NCBI GenBank assembly: GCA_965603825.1
Contig: CBFDEM010000033.1
Span: 62,001 to 126,000, forward strand
Length of the DNA stretch: 64,000 nt
Source of the DNA: Blepharisma stoltei ATCC 30299
Taxonomy: Eukaryota > Protista > Ciliophora
Direction: 5' to 3'
Of the stretch, positions 50,571 through 64,000 are shown piece by piece. The notes beneath the pieces are model-generated. The model was not told the DNA's origin. It ran no database searches and was given only the letters and a program-made list of their open reading frames with translations. A program made the position numbers and the translations under genes. How positions within the stretch are numbered: position 1 is the stretch's first letter; each line of letters opens with the position of its first letter.

Positions 50571-50795
50571 ATGGGATGCAGCGCTTTATGCAAAGTGAAT
50601 GTGAAGTTCATAGAATCTGAAGGAGAAACCACCTCGCGCAATGTATCAAATAATCAATTACTTCGATCCGACGAAACGAATAGGCCGGTAGTAAAAGAAT
50701 CAAATAACACATTAAACTTCGATGCGGATGGCAAAGTTTACAAGATCAAAGTGTCATTTGTGGGGACTCCTAATTCATCACGAGTTTTGCCATAA
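50571..50795 (+). CDS. Small hypothetical protein with MGC N-terminus (possible lipidation)
   Basis: ATG follows an A-rich leader and composition is coding-like. No family recognised. Confidence 0.4.
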   Translation: MGCSALCKVNVKFIESEGETTSRNVSNNQLLRSDETNRPVVKESNNTLNFDADGKVYKIKVSFVGTPNSSRVLP

Positions 50796-52161
50796 TTTGG
50801 TACATCTATTTTATATAGATTAACGTTGTTATATTGGTTTATGCAACTTCATAAATTAAGGCTAATTTTTACTTATAAGAGTAATTAATCGCAAACTTTT
50901 AAGAAGGCGAGAAAAAGCAAGTTCAATAGAAAAAAAATTACCTTAATGATGACTATATTTTACAACAATTCTTTAAGGAGAGGCTGGTTTAGGCTATAAT
51001 TATTTAGAGAGAAGATCAAAAGCTGGCACGATTTGGTTCCGCTTAGGAAGTATTAATTAAATTTGATGGAAAATGTCAGTGCAAAACATTCCCTTTTGCA
51101 TTTTCAGCGATATTAAATTAGGCAACTTAAAAATAGCTCTGGTGAAGTTATAAAATAGAAATAACAACATTATAAAATTTAGATAAAAATAAACAAAACT
51201 GAGGGATTCCTAATCTTGGCAAACTCCACAATAAAAAATCCTTAATTTTTTAACTAAAATTGACTTAAAATAAGTTTTCAATTTATATTTTAATTTCTAA
51301 AATATACTCTTTGCAAATTTATTTAAAGGTCAAAAAATCCAGTATTTTAGCAAGGAACATAAAGAAGCCAGACTCTTCATTTTACTTTATAAAAGGACTG
51401 AGATATTGATCCCTTTACGTACAGAATAGCTTTGATCCAATTAATATTGACCTGGAGCTTTTAATAGTAGCTATTTGTACTTCACATGTGATTTATGAAA
51501 AGGCTAAGATCAAGCAAAATGGACAATAAAGCCAAGTGGCTAATAAAGAAGATTTTATTTCTTTATTTATGGAATAGTAGAATATTATAATTGAGTTTTG
51601 ATTAAAGAAACTCTAAAAATATTAGGGGAAATCCAATTTATCTATTTTATAATTTAGGCCAACTCATCCCAGTTTAAGAAATGCTTCTTGATATTTATAA
51701 TAAGCAAAATCTGCTCTGAAGACATAAAAATCTAAGTAAAGAAAACCTATTCTGTATTCACATTGCAAAATTCCGTCAACTAATTAAGGTTAATCCAATA
51801 AATGAGCGGTTTTCAGCGAGTTGATTTACAAAACCATAAATTCATAATAAATATTTTATCTTCTCTTTTATGAAAGTATAAATTTTCCTTAACGAAATAA
51901 TTCTGAAGCTTTTTATGCCTAGCTTGTTACTTGGCATTATATTAGGTAAAATCTATACCAAGAAAATATTTTAACAATTAATGAATTTTGTGATTTAACT
52001 TTTTAAGCTAAATAAATGGAACTTATTTAAAGATTAAGATTTCAAGAATTTATCAAGATTTTAGTATTAACTTTTCATCAAAATCTTTTTTTAATTTTAC
52101 TTTTATAAAATTAATTGACCAGAAGAAAATATAAACCTTTTTAAATCCATTCCAAATAGAT

Positions 52162-55100
52162 TTATGATTCAATTGGCATTTCCATCCTTCGTGATATAGT
52201 CTCAAAATGTTCTTTTGAGCGCGGAGAACTTACCATATATGATAATTGTGCTGAGCTTCTCATCCGCATTGTCATATTAATAAAGCTGCTATCTGCTAAA
52301 GCAAACCTAAATAGGTCTTTAATTTTTTTGCCAGGCTTTCTGACTAAAAATGAAGGCGGGAGCTTATGCTTAACAATCAGCCCACAAATCATTATAAAAG
52401 CGAGTCCTCCCATCTGAATCCCTACTCATATAGAAAAATCAGCATCATTTGATATCATATATAATAAACTTAGCCCACTGTTTCAGATTACACAAAAAAT
52501 TAAGCAATTGTAAAGCAAATTGGCTCTGTCAAAATTAAAACTTTTTCTATATAAAATAAAACCAAGATAGGAGAGCATCAATGCGAAATAAATAGAGCCA
52601 TGAAGAATCTCATTGATAATTCTAAGAGTTTTATCAATCGAAATAAGTGCGATTTGTAGCCCACTTTTAATCATTAAGTTAGCAGGATCAGCTTTGATGT
52701 TTAAATTTTCTTGGCATTCTTGCCAGAGAGGCCTCATAAGTATTGCTAAGCATAAAAACCCACACAATAAGAGAATCGTAGGAATCATTATTCCTAAATG
52801 CTCAGGATTTCAGCATGATAAATAGCAATCATAATTTAAATAAGCGCAAGTTAAATCAGAGTCTATCGAAAAATCGCACTCCGTTATACTTAATAATATT
52901 GAAGCTATCGGCTGAAAAAGAACGTTGCTTACTAGCGTCAAAGTTCCATCAAATCCTAAAAAATATCCACAAATTCAATAGACTTTAGTGTTTTCGCATT
53001 TTTTATCAACTCTTAAATATACAATAATATTCATTAAAATTCAAACCCCAGAAACCCCAACTGCTGCATAAAAACACAATCAAAATATGAACCCTTCAAA
53101 AATTATGAAATTCTGTATACTTAATGAGCCAACCCCACAGACTTGATCAAGAAAAGAATTAAATGCTTTAAATGATGGGCCAATTCCTTGGTATTGAAGC
53201 ATTTCAATAAAAATCATAGAGAGCATTAAATAATCAAGACCTGTAAGAAATTTTTTTGTTTGAATCATCTCAATATCATAAGAAAAAAATTTTCTTCACA
53301 TTAAAACCGCAAAAGAAATAGAAACCACAGATATAAATATACAAATACCCATAGTAATCAGTCTACTCCCTGTTGACACCTGAATATTAATTTTTCTAAA
53401 TGGGCAGTCAAGGCTGCTTTTCATATCTTTTGGGGCTACATTTCCTTTTGGCCATACAATTTTTCGATATAACTTAAAATAAGTTTCTGTAAAAGGTGCA
53501 AAAGATCCAATGTCAACTGTTTTTCATTTATTTGTAGAATTATCATAGTAAACATTATATAGGCTATAAGTGTTCAAAATTCGATCATTAGATCCAGCTT
53601 CAATTTTTACAGTCCCAGAGCAGCCTTTAAATTTTACATTTCTCAAAGCTCAATTAAGTGCTGTATTATCTTCATAATTTGCTCCATTATTAATTAGCAT
53701 GTTTACTGCATCTCAAATAGCCCACACAGCGTCATAATGAAGACATCTGACTCTATCCCCATAACCTGGATAAGCCAGATTAAACTCCTTTTGAAGATTT
53801 TGCCCAAAATCTCCTACTCATTCAGAAAAAAATAAAAATAAAATTCCATTCAAAAGTTCTGAGGTTTTTTGGACATTTAATATAGGAGTGATATATAAAA
53901 AATCACTACCACTTAGACAGCTTATTAAAAAAATGGCATCTCCTCTTCTAACCCCTAGATCATACATACTTTCTAATACAAAAAAATATATTGGCTCAGC
54001 TACAAATATAAAAAATATATTGCAGTTTTGATCAATTGCGTTTTGAAAATTAAGTCTATAATCTTCAAGTTGTGTAGAATTATAAGAAAAAGGAATTTTC
54101 CGATATTTTTCATCATTTAAAATTTTGATTTTTTTGGATTCTGACTGCTCAACAAAAGTATTGTAAATTCCTGTATCATAGGCATCGTCAGCGTAAAGGA
54201 CTACACAACTTTTTCAGCCCATTATATTCATATACATAATTCATGTTTTGCTGATATAGTCAGTGCCTGCTACCATTCTAGTGAAACTTGGAAATTCTGC
54301 GATATCAGACAATTGCTTAGCTGAATTACCTCCTTGTATGACAGGGATCGTTATATTGAGCTCTTTAAAAAGTTTTAATGTAGCTATAGTTATTGATGAC
54401 AGTACTGGCCCAATAAATGCAATTCCCATATTATTTTTATTGTCTAAAAAGCATTTTTTTGCAAATTCGTAATTTCATGAACTTGATCCACAATTTATTT
54501 GTCCATATAAATTTAAAATAAAATTTGGAAGAATTTGCTTTGATTGGTTAATTTTGGAAACTGCAAAATAGGTGCCTTGATGGAATAGTGTGTTAACAAA
54601 ATTTTTAGGGTAGCCTGGAGGATTAACATCTCCTGCATTAGCTGATATAGAGATAACTACTGAGTTTGAAGTCGGCTTGATTGCTGAATTCCCTGGATAT
54701 TGAATTTCTCCAGAAATATTCAATTTTCCATTAGAAAATTCTCCTACCTTTGACACATTTCTAGCATTTTTATTCAAAACTGTAAAATTGCATGACTTCA
54801 ACTGATAAATAGTGTCAAATAATTTCAATTTTGCCCCTTTTACATCAATATTTAGCATGAAATTTACTTTGTCTACAAAAAAGTTTAGACTGTTGATATA
54901 TGATTCTTTTTCAGTCTTTAAGTCAATATCAATACTTTTAACAATACTTAAAGACCCATCAATAATTCCATTATTCAAACATGTATGGCCCAGAACTATT
55001 GAGTATCCAGCTCTGTCCATATTAAACTTTAACAAGCTATTTTGTATTTTTATACAATTTTCTGGGCTTCCTATTATAATTATAGTAGGAATCCCGAATG

Positions 55101-55659
55101 GTTTTACCACTCTTGAAATTATCCCATTAATGGAATTTTGGCTCGAATTCTCAAGAACTGATACATCAGTTATTTGGTATCCATTATTTCTCATAATATC
55201 ATTGATCAAAAGACTATTTTTTTCATTAAACTCCCAAATAATTATTCCTTTTTGAATTTCCAAATATGATAAAAATCCGTCATAGGCACTTTTTAAGCAT
55301 GATAATGATGGCTTGAGATTTATAAGAAAAGGAGTTTCTGTATATGCAAAAGGGCTGATTTCTGTATAAATAACATAAGATCTTGTGCTTAAAGCATATT
55401 TTTGAAGCTCATGGCTAAACTGGAGATTGTAAGTCTCATCGATAATTATAATTGATGGATTTTCTTTTTTTAATAAATTAAATTCAGCTTCATTTTGTAT
55501 GATCTTTCATTCTAGCAGAAGATTATTTGTATTTAATGCGAGAAATGATTCAGATCAGGACTTGATTTTTTGAGGAGTTTGTGAACTAAAGCATAGAAAA
55601 AATGTGACGCTGTTTACTAAAACAATCAAGGCTAAAAATTTTGTGATTAGCAAAGCCAT
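52162..55659 (-). CDS. Large membrane receptor with periplasmic-binding-protein (ANF/Venus-flytrap) ectodomain and multi-TM region, about 1165 aa
   Basis: All five minus-strand track ORFs share one frame with ATG 55659 and end in TGA, except the last. Signal peptide, FIGP.LSS, LSD...FP.F.R, YDAVWA and F.GCSG.V. The frame was spot-checked, not read codon by codon. Confidence 0.75.
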
Positions 55660-57186
55660 TTAATTTAAATTTACTGAATGCTGAATATTTTTATAATACA
55701 AATCAATCATAAAACAAAAAAATTTAGTTCTTCAAAATTTATGAAAAGCTATGGAATATCTGATTTTTTAAAATTAATTATAAAATAATTAATTGACTTT
55801 AATTTGTATTTTGGATTATAATTGGTTATCCAAAATCAAAGAAATTACCATTAGTCCACATTTTTTTGATTTTCAAGATTTTCTTCATTAGAAATATACA
55901 TCATTCTGTGTGAATTTATTCTAAAACCATCATTACGAAAATAGATTGAAAATCTATTGTAAATAAATAATTGTTCTTGATCTCTGTTTCAAAAATGTAC
56001 CCCATAAGCGAATTCTGAATAGCTTTATATGCTTTTTCCTTTTGTTTTTAATTAAAATGGTTTTCTCATGAAGCAAAGTTGCGCATAATTGTAATAAAGA
56101 TTCCTAAATTTGTTTGCATTATCATACATATCAGTAGCCTGAATTTATTATCATATAAGCTGAGCTTAAAATACTATTTCATAATCATATTGAAAGTCCC
56201 TATTTCGTAATGGAGTGTTGTGGGATTGCAGGCCATGAATGTTAGGCCTAAATCCACTATTTCTTGGCGGAGTGTGCCCTTTGATCCCAAAATGATAATC
56301 AATTTCCAATCTGCAAGCACTGAAGAAGTTTAGGCCAACTCTGACATATCCTTGCAACTGAAGAGACGTTCTTTCTCTTTTATCCTATATTAAAGTCACC
56401 CCGAGAAAAAACTCAGCGTATAGGCAGGTATGTTGCCCTACCTCATATTGGGCATTTTTAGGCTGTGCGTAAATTGTAAAAAAGATGAAATTAACATCCC
56501 TAGAATTAAAGTAAGAGGGCTTTTGATTATAACGGACTATCATCACATCCTAAAATATTGCTCGACATAGATAAGGGCAATGCGAAGACAGATAGTTTGC
56601 ATCAGGCCATTTTATTAGATAATTTTTGTAATATTCATGTCGCTGTACGTCTTGTAATTATCAGTAAATAGTTCAATATAAAATTTTATTTTAGATGGAA
56701 TATGAGGGCTTGAGTATGAAAGCTTTCTGATAATAAAAACCTGTCAAAGATTCATCTCACATAACAATCTGATACTTTTATACTTTTTTTATTGAAATTT
56801 GAGAGCACATCCTCCATATGCAATTAATTACTTTTTAAAATTGAGAGCTAATATATAAAATAATATAATGCTGTGTCTTTTATCCTTTTAAGGTACGATT
56901 GAATGGCCTTAGATAGAAAGGATAAATAATTTTTATTTTATAGCATTCTTATTTTAGAAAATTAATTAGAAGAAGCAAATCTCATAATCACATCTTTATA
57001 CTTTTTTATAATTATATTAATTTTTTAATTAAATCTCTTGTGAAGCAGTCTATCAACTTTAAATACACCATTGCTGCTTCTGTTATGATTGCATTTTAAT
57101 AAATCTTTTTCGCCCTTTATTGAAAACTCTCATTTAAAGATTCGAAGATCCTTGTTTCAGTTTCAAGGATCATTTATATATTTAAT

Positions 57187-60100
57187 TTACCTTTCATTTA
57201 CCTCTGTCATAAAATTGCCAAGCAATGCATTTTCAACTTGATGCTCTCCTTCGCTGCTATACCACTCAATATTGAGATAATCTCCATAATCTGGAGTTCC
57301 ACTGCAAAAACTGCCTTCAAGTATTAAAATTTCTGCATTATAACTTTCTGGATTTATTCTTCTTCTTAATAGATGTGCAATTTGGTTCACAAAAACGATC
57401 TTTAAAAAACACTTAGATAATTCTGATTTTTTGAATAATGCTGGAGATAATAAAATTGTACCTCCAAAAACAGTTATCCCACCATTTTCTCTCCTGACTG
57501 GAAATTTATAAATTTCATATGTTAAAGAGGTGAGGGCTTCTTTATTAAATCCTAAAAGCAAAAATGCTGATACAGAAACGTTTGAATATAAAATCTTGCG
57601 CAAATTTTATACAATCTTATTAGATATTCTTTTAGGCGGTCCCTCCAATATGACCATTGCAGCATAGTTTAGATCGTTTAAAATCATTTCTAGTTTATCA
57701 GTATTTAATTCGCAATAAAAGATGCATGAAATTTCTGTAGCAAGCAGCTGTCTAATTGCAAAATGACGATTTTCGTCGAAAATCGAATTAAAAATAAAAC
57801 TTCCTAGCAAATCTTCAAATACCTTGGCTTGGATAGTCAAATAATTGCCTAAGCTTCTAAAATTAGCATTTTTCGCGACAAGGTCATTCATCTGGCTTAT
57901 CATTCTCTCAATTCCTCTATTAACCAATAATGAAATCAAATATTTTGCTATTGTTTTACTAGTTTTACAATCTTCCGAGTTTATTTCACCAAGATTAAAA
58001 TTACTGAGCTCATCATTTGTAAATTGTTCTATTTTTTGTTTTAAACTTGCCTTAATTTCATCAAATGTGAGTTCTTTTAAACAAGATGAAATCGTTTTAA
58101 GAGTATCTATAATAAATTTAGGGATAGGACTAGATTCTTTGTTCGTCCAGCTTAAATTATGTTCTGAAATTTCGCAAAAATGTTAATGCCATATATATAT
58201 GATGAAATTCATTTTTCAAAACTATCATAGCTAATTGAAGCAATTTTTTTATAATAAATTTTTGTTAACATTTGGTTTATATAGTTGTGTAAGCCAGGAA
58301 TAAATTTATAGCTTATCTCTAAAATTGATATAAGCTTATTTATGTCTAAATTATCCATATATTTAAAAATATTTGACATGAACCGAGCAATATAAGTAAA
58401 CACAAGCGCTCTTATATTTTCTATTTTTAATTTGGCTTGACTTAAAAGTATGTATTTGAGCAGCTCTATTAAATTTTCGATCCAGTTTTCGCAACAGTTT
58501 GGATCATGGCTCTCTAATGTCAATTTATAAAAATACTTGTCTAAGAATTTTGAATTATAATTCCAGTTTCAAGGTGAGTATCTGCCAGATTTTTCAGTAT
58601 TATCTTATATTTTTCATCATGTCAAAAGTTTTCAATTTTTATTTTTTCATCAAGATTTTCTAAAATTGATGGCTGAAAAAATTTTCTATGATGGCTAATG
58701 TAAATAGTTATTAATTTGAGGACATAAGCAACCCTGAGTTGATACGCTCTGTTAGAAAAAGAGTCAAAGTATGTCAAATAATGGGTTGTAAACAGTTCCA
58801 AAAAGTTGTTGTCAACTGAAAACACTTTTAGGATCAGCTTTTGATTAGATAAAGGAAACAAATCAGATAATCTTTCTATAAATAAATCCTTTTTAAATTC
58901 ACAGTTATCTATTATTGCTCTTAAATTCATAATAAGATCAAGCGTGCACCTTGTTTTAACATTGTTAAAAGCGTTGTCAATATATTTCCCATAGTTGATT
59001 GTGGCTTCATCTCTATTGGCTTTATTATCATTTAGCAAAGAAATCCAATACAAAACAAATGATGCTATTTCCTTATCTGCTAGACCAATAAATCCTTCAA
59101 TTTTGCACCTAACTATATCTGCTATGCATGCATATTTTGTAATAAAATTTTGATAGCGATCTTTATTCCTTAAAACTAGCACCCAAAGTAAGCAAAATTC
59201 TTCAAATTTATGAATCGGTAGGCTGTCTCATTTTTCAAAACTTGTTTTGACTATGTCGCATTCATTTAATTTTAAAATTAAATAATCAATTTCACAATTT
59301 AGGAGCTTAAGCTTATTTTTGCAAATTATCTCTAAAATCATATTGCTGTAAGGTGCCCAGGTGCATTCAAACCATTTGAGTAAATGATTAAATGATAAAG
59401 ACATTTCTTTTATATCGTTATAGGTTATACATTTTATAATTTCTAGAAGATTTCAATGCTCATTTGCTTATTTATGGTTTGAGTGGGATTTAGGCTAGTT
59501 TCTTTTTCAATAATCACATTGACTGTTTTCTTCAAGCAATTATTTATAATCTTTGAATTAGTGGTATAAAACTCAGATTCAGAGAGATCCAGCTCCTTTA
59601 TAGATAATTTCAAGTTATCTAAATTTTGTAAGTTTTTTAGTGTTTTTATTTTAATTAAATCAGTGTCAGCACTCAAAGTCAAGTTGGGAATATTTTTGCT
59701 TGTGCTCTCTATTAATTCATCTTGAGAAATTACGGAAACTGTTAAATCGGGCTCATTCAATTTCAAGTTTAAATTGTGTTCAGCCTGAAATATAAAATTA
59801 TGATCTGTTTCATTTAGAATGCTTGATAGCTTGGCACCTAAGTCGTTAATAGCATCTACGTAAATATTCGGTAAGACTTCTTCAGATTGATTTTCTCTTT
59901 TCAGAGGAGTATTGAGACTTTTTGAAAGACTTCCATAAATTTCATAGGGAACTTTTATGAGCTCAGCCAAGTAATTTCTTGTGAATTCGCCATAAATATC
60001 AATCGGATTATTTTCGGCTTCGAAATCATCAGTCACGCAGCTTTTCCAAACAAGAAAAAGGGCATAATTGATTGTAATATTTAATTTATAAAAAACTTCC

Positions 60101-60417
60101 ATTTCATTTTGTGATGGTACGTGATCTAGATATAATCCTACAATGTCGCAATCAGGAATCGCTCTTGAAATACCGCTTATTTTTTCCTCTGTCTTCTTAT
60201 AATCGATTTCTTTTCCTTCAGGATTATTTGAATAAATTGCTTCAAATGAGATATCTATCTTAAAGACATCATTTATTTCATGTCCCATCAAAATTCCAAG
60301 CTTGGGCTGATGGAGATCGCTGTATTGAACCATATAATAAGCTATATTGGCAAGTGCTGAAGGGTGAATTTGCACTTTGGGGATGAACGTGAATATTGGC
60401 TTGTGTGTTTCCTGCAT
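57187..60417 (-). pseudogene. Disrupted large gene: MPN/JAB-like N-terminus, helical middle, degenerate zincin-like C-terminus
   Basis: Consecutive minus ORFs with frame changes near 59455, 58550 and 58180, and an in-frame TAA at 57607-57609. VQIHP..L..I, GILMG and IVG.Y at the start; NQIAHLLRR near the end. Confidence 0.5.
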
Positions 60418-60683
60418 TTTTAGTTTATTTTAATAGCCCCATATTAAGTTTCTGTATCAACCCCCCTTCAAATTAATAAAAACTCAATATCATTAATATG
60501 CTTTTCCCTTGTTTACTAAATTAATGTAAAATTTACTAAAATTTGATACGAACCAATTTTAGGAATGATTAGTTTTTATAATTGTTAAGTCAAGCTTAAT
60601 ACTCATTAAAAAAGATATTTTCTAATTTTAAAATGAATAAACCACTCATATTTTTATTTATAACACAGATAATAAATTTACTA

Positions 60684-63600
60684 TTAAATTGAAGATAAAC
60701 CTATTCTCTCATTGCTATCATCACCTTTATCATAAGAAATATATAGCATACGAGGTGAATCTTCAGCATCAATCGGGAAAACTGCATTTACCCTTATAAA
60801 TTCTTGCTCACTGCTATAGATGCGCCTAAATCTCTGTTCAAAACTCATCGCCATTGAGCTTTTACTCCAAAAACTATCCCCCATTAACGAAAATCTGAAT
60901 AGCTCAACTATACTTTTGCCTTCTTTTTTTATTAGCATATTCTTCTTTAATCTTGTATCTACGAACAAACTGCACATGATTATCCCAAAAATTCCTAAAA
61001 ATTGCGTAGCAGTTCATATATAAGGATGTCCATTATTCATTACCATATAAGCCAAGCTTAAAGTGCTATTCCATATAACACATACTATTAAAGAGACTTG
61101 TAGTAAACTTGCACGGTCATAATTAAAACTTTTTCGGATCGATATGAAAATTACAAAACAAATCATAATAAACAAATAAATAGAGCAATGGACAATTTGA
61201 TTAGTCTTTTTGAGTGTTTCATATACAGCTATAAGGGATATTTGGACTGCAGCTTTAATTGCCATGCATGATGGGTCTTCTTTTATATTTAAATCAAATT
61301 GATTTTCTTGCCATAAGGGTCTTATTTTAATTGAAATTGCTATGTATATGAAAACTATAAATATTGTTTCAGCTAAAATTGTAACATGTTGTGATTTTCA
61401 GCATGAAAAATGACAGTCGTAATTAAAATAAGAATCAGTTAAATTTGGTCCTGATCCATGATCACATTGTGTAATTCTTGATAGCATTGTTAACACAGGC
61501 TGAAAAAGAATGCCGTTCATCAAAGGACCCATAATTTCCTCAATTGCAGCAGTAACTTCGAATATTAGGAGATAAGAAGGAGCAAGGTGACGTTTGACCA
61601 ATTTGTCAAGCGAGTTTTCTTAACCGATCAAGCGAGAGAAAGGAGTCTAAAATAGGATAAACCACTGATAAGGGAAGGTCATTGGTGTATATAGGCACTT
61701 GCCATACCTCAATTCAACTAGAAACCAAAAGATACAAGTACCTTCGGTTGCGTAAAAAAAAGTTCAAAATAAATCATCTTTAAGCTCTAAAAGAGTATCC
61801 AAATTATAAGAAACTAATAAGCTTGCATCATAATAAAATATATTAAAAGCTTCAAATGATGGCCCTATTCCTTTAAACTGTAGAGATTCTATAAAAATAA
61901 CTGACATCATTCAAAGGTCGGGATCTGTAAAATATTTTTGTTCACTGATATTTTCTAATTTATAAGAAAATTTTCCTCTAATCATGAAAAATGCAAATAA
62001 AATACAAAAAATCACTGTAATGGTACAAATAGCAATTGAAATTAGTTTGCTTTTGAAAGAAACCCTAACATTTTTTTCCTTAAATGGGCATTTGAAATCA
62101 TTAAAAGTCGAAGGAGCGGAATTTCCTGGCCATACAGTTGGATTAGTAAACTGAAAATAAGTTCCTGAATATGGAGAAAAATGGCCAACTTCTGTAGTTT
62201 CTCATTTATTTGTAGAATTATTATAATAATTGTTGTAGAGACTATAAACAGTTAATCGTCTATCATTTGAGCCGCTTTCAATAGTAACGACTCCTGAGCA
62301 GCCTATAAAGCGGACACTTTTAATAGCTGAGTTCATTAATTGATGGTCTTCATAGTTTTTTCCTGAATTTAATAGCATTTGAGCTGCTTCTGCAATAGCC
62401 CAAACTGCATCATAATGAACACATCTTATTCTGTTTCCATTGCTAGGGTATAATAGATCAAATTCAGCCTTTAGCTTATTACCCAGAGTTCCAGTCCATT
62501 CTGGAATAAATAAAAAAAGGTTCCATAAAAAAGTTCTTGAATTTTGTCAGTGTTGTATCCATAGGCTTTGAAAAAAATATCACTACCAGTTAAGGCGTTT
62601 AATAAAAATAAGGCATCTCCTCTTCTCATTCCCATATCATAAAAGCTATCAAAAGTATATATATATGATGGATCAGCCATAAAAAGGAAAAATATATTGC
62701 AATTTTGATCAATTGCATCTTGAAAATTTTTTCTATAAGTTTCTAATTGAGAAGTATTATAAGTAAAAGGAATTTTCCTATATTCCTCTTTATTAAGAAT
62801 TTTGATACCTTGAGCCTCTGCAGACTCAAGAAAAAGTTGATAGACTCCTACATCGTATGCGTCATCTGCATAAAAGACAACGCAGCTTGTCCAGCCCATA
62901 ACTTTCATATACATAACCCATGTTTTCCCCATATATTCTGAGTTTGTCGAAACTCTTGTATATGTCGGAAAAATCGTAGAATTTGTTAAAGGAGTTGCTG
63001 AATTAACTCCGCTGGCCATAGGTATAGACATATTCATATTCTTAAATAAGTTCAAGGTATTAATAGAAATTGATAAAAGATAGGAAGCCAAATATGCCAC
63101 GCCCATCTCATTTTTATTTTCTAAATAGCAAGATTTTGCGTAATTATAGATCCAGACGCTCGCTCCACAATTTATTTGGTCATTTAATTTGAAAATAAAA
63201 TTTTGTAGGACTTCTTTTGATTCATTGATTTTTTTAATAGCAAAATAAGAACCTTCATGGTTTAAGCCATTAACTGGATTTGGTGAATAGCCTGGAGGAT
63301 TGGAGCTGCCGACATTCCCTGATATTCAAATGCTTATTTTAGATGCTGGAATATTTGTAGATCCTCCTGGGTATGTAATATTTTCGGTGATTTCAAGAGC
63401 TTCATTTGATATTTTTCCTACTGAATAGAAGCTGCTGTTTTGTTGGTTAATTATAGTAAAATCCCACTCAAATGATTTTTTTAATTCTTGAAAACTATTC
63501 CAAAGCTGAAATTTGGTAGATATCTGGTTCCCATAACCATTTTCCAGTTTTTTTAAAACAAAAGCTAAGCTATTGGAATATGATTCTTCTTCTGTAACTG

Positions 63601-64000
63601 AATAAATGTCATTGCTCGGCAAAATTAATAAAGATCCATCAATTACTGAGTTATTTAAACATGAATGCCCTAATATTATCAGATATCCGGAAATAATCAT
63701 ATTATAGAAAATTAAGCTGCTTTGAATTTTTTTACAATTTTCTGAGTCAGCTAAAATTAATATGTAAGCGATACCTGATGGTTTTAGATCTTTTGATATA
63801 ATATTATTGATTGATTCTTGGTCTAAGTCACATGAAATTGCAATTGAAAATAAATTTAACTGTAAACGAGTATCAAAAAATCGAACTAGGAATTCTTTTC
63901 TTCAGTAAAAACTCATACAATGGCTAATTTTTGTATATCGAGATAATGTATTAATTTTTCATAAGCATTTTTTATTGTTTGCAATGATGGCTGAGTCGTA
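60684..64000 (-). CDS. Paralogue of the Venus-flytrap multi-TM receptor, 5' end outside the window, one apparent frameshift
   Basis: Colinear similarity to 52162-55659 (NCG.S, FQ.AIDQNCNIF, YDAVWA, QIALI, RKSFN.DRA). The frame changes at an A7 run near 62512-62518. Confidence 0.7.

Noticed and set aside
50800-52150. Long AT-rich gap as ncRNA, tRNA or retained IES
   Set aside because: No cloverleaf, terminal repeats or other diagnostic structure that I could see.
56160-56650. GC-richer patch with a 63-aa ORF
   Set aside because: Broken by stops with no recognisable family. It may be a pseudogene scrap, but I cannot support a call.
62505-62525. Programmed -1 frameshift in the second receptor gene
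   Set aside because: The break sits in a 7-nt homopolymer, so a sequencing error or recent indel is simpler.

Overview
AT-rich, very gene-dense eukaryotic DNA that reads as a heterotrich ciliate somatic (macronuclear) genome, most like Blepharisma (inference). TGA is read as Trp, TAA and TAG are stops, introns are 15-nt GT..AG, and intergenic gaps can be 13-20 bp. Many short ORFs in the supplied track join into single genes once TGA=Trp and the tiny introns are applied. Housekeeping genes include CK1, a DUSP, Rrp46, mitochondrial RRF, Vps35, PP4R3, Sem1, PIG-X, RSPH9, LETM1, copine, TrxR, a TTLL, tRNA dimethylallyltransferase, a GBP and a USP47-like DUB. Small tandem families with decaying copies include O-methyltransferase, ARM-repeat, folate-receptor-like, chagasin and Venus-flytrap membrane receptor genes. 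Main findings: (1) a divergent eRF3-type GTPase fused to an N-terminal RWD domain; (2) a thioredoxin reductase ending GC-TGA-G-TAG with a clear SECIS element, so UGA appears to mean both Trp and Sec in this genome; (3) a 5'-truncated non-LTR retrotransposon with a perfect 13-bp target-site duplication; (4) a SOD-like gene lacking its central catalytic segment and carrying a repeated insert. All calls come from manual motif recognition; no searches were run.
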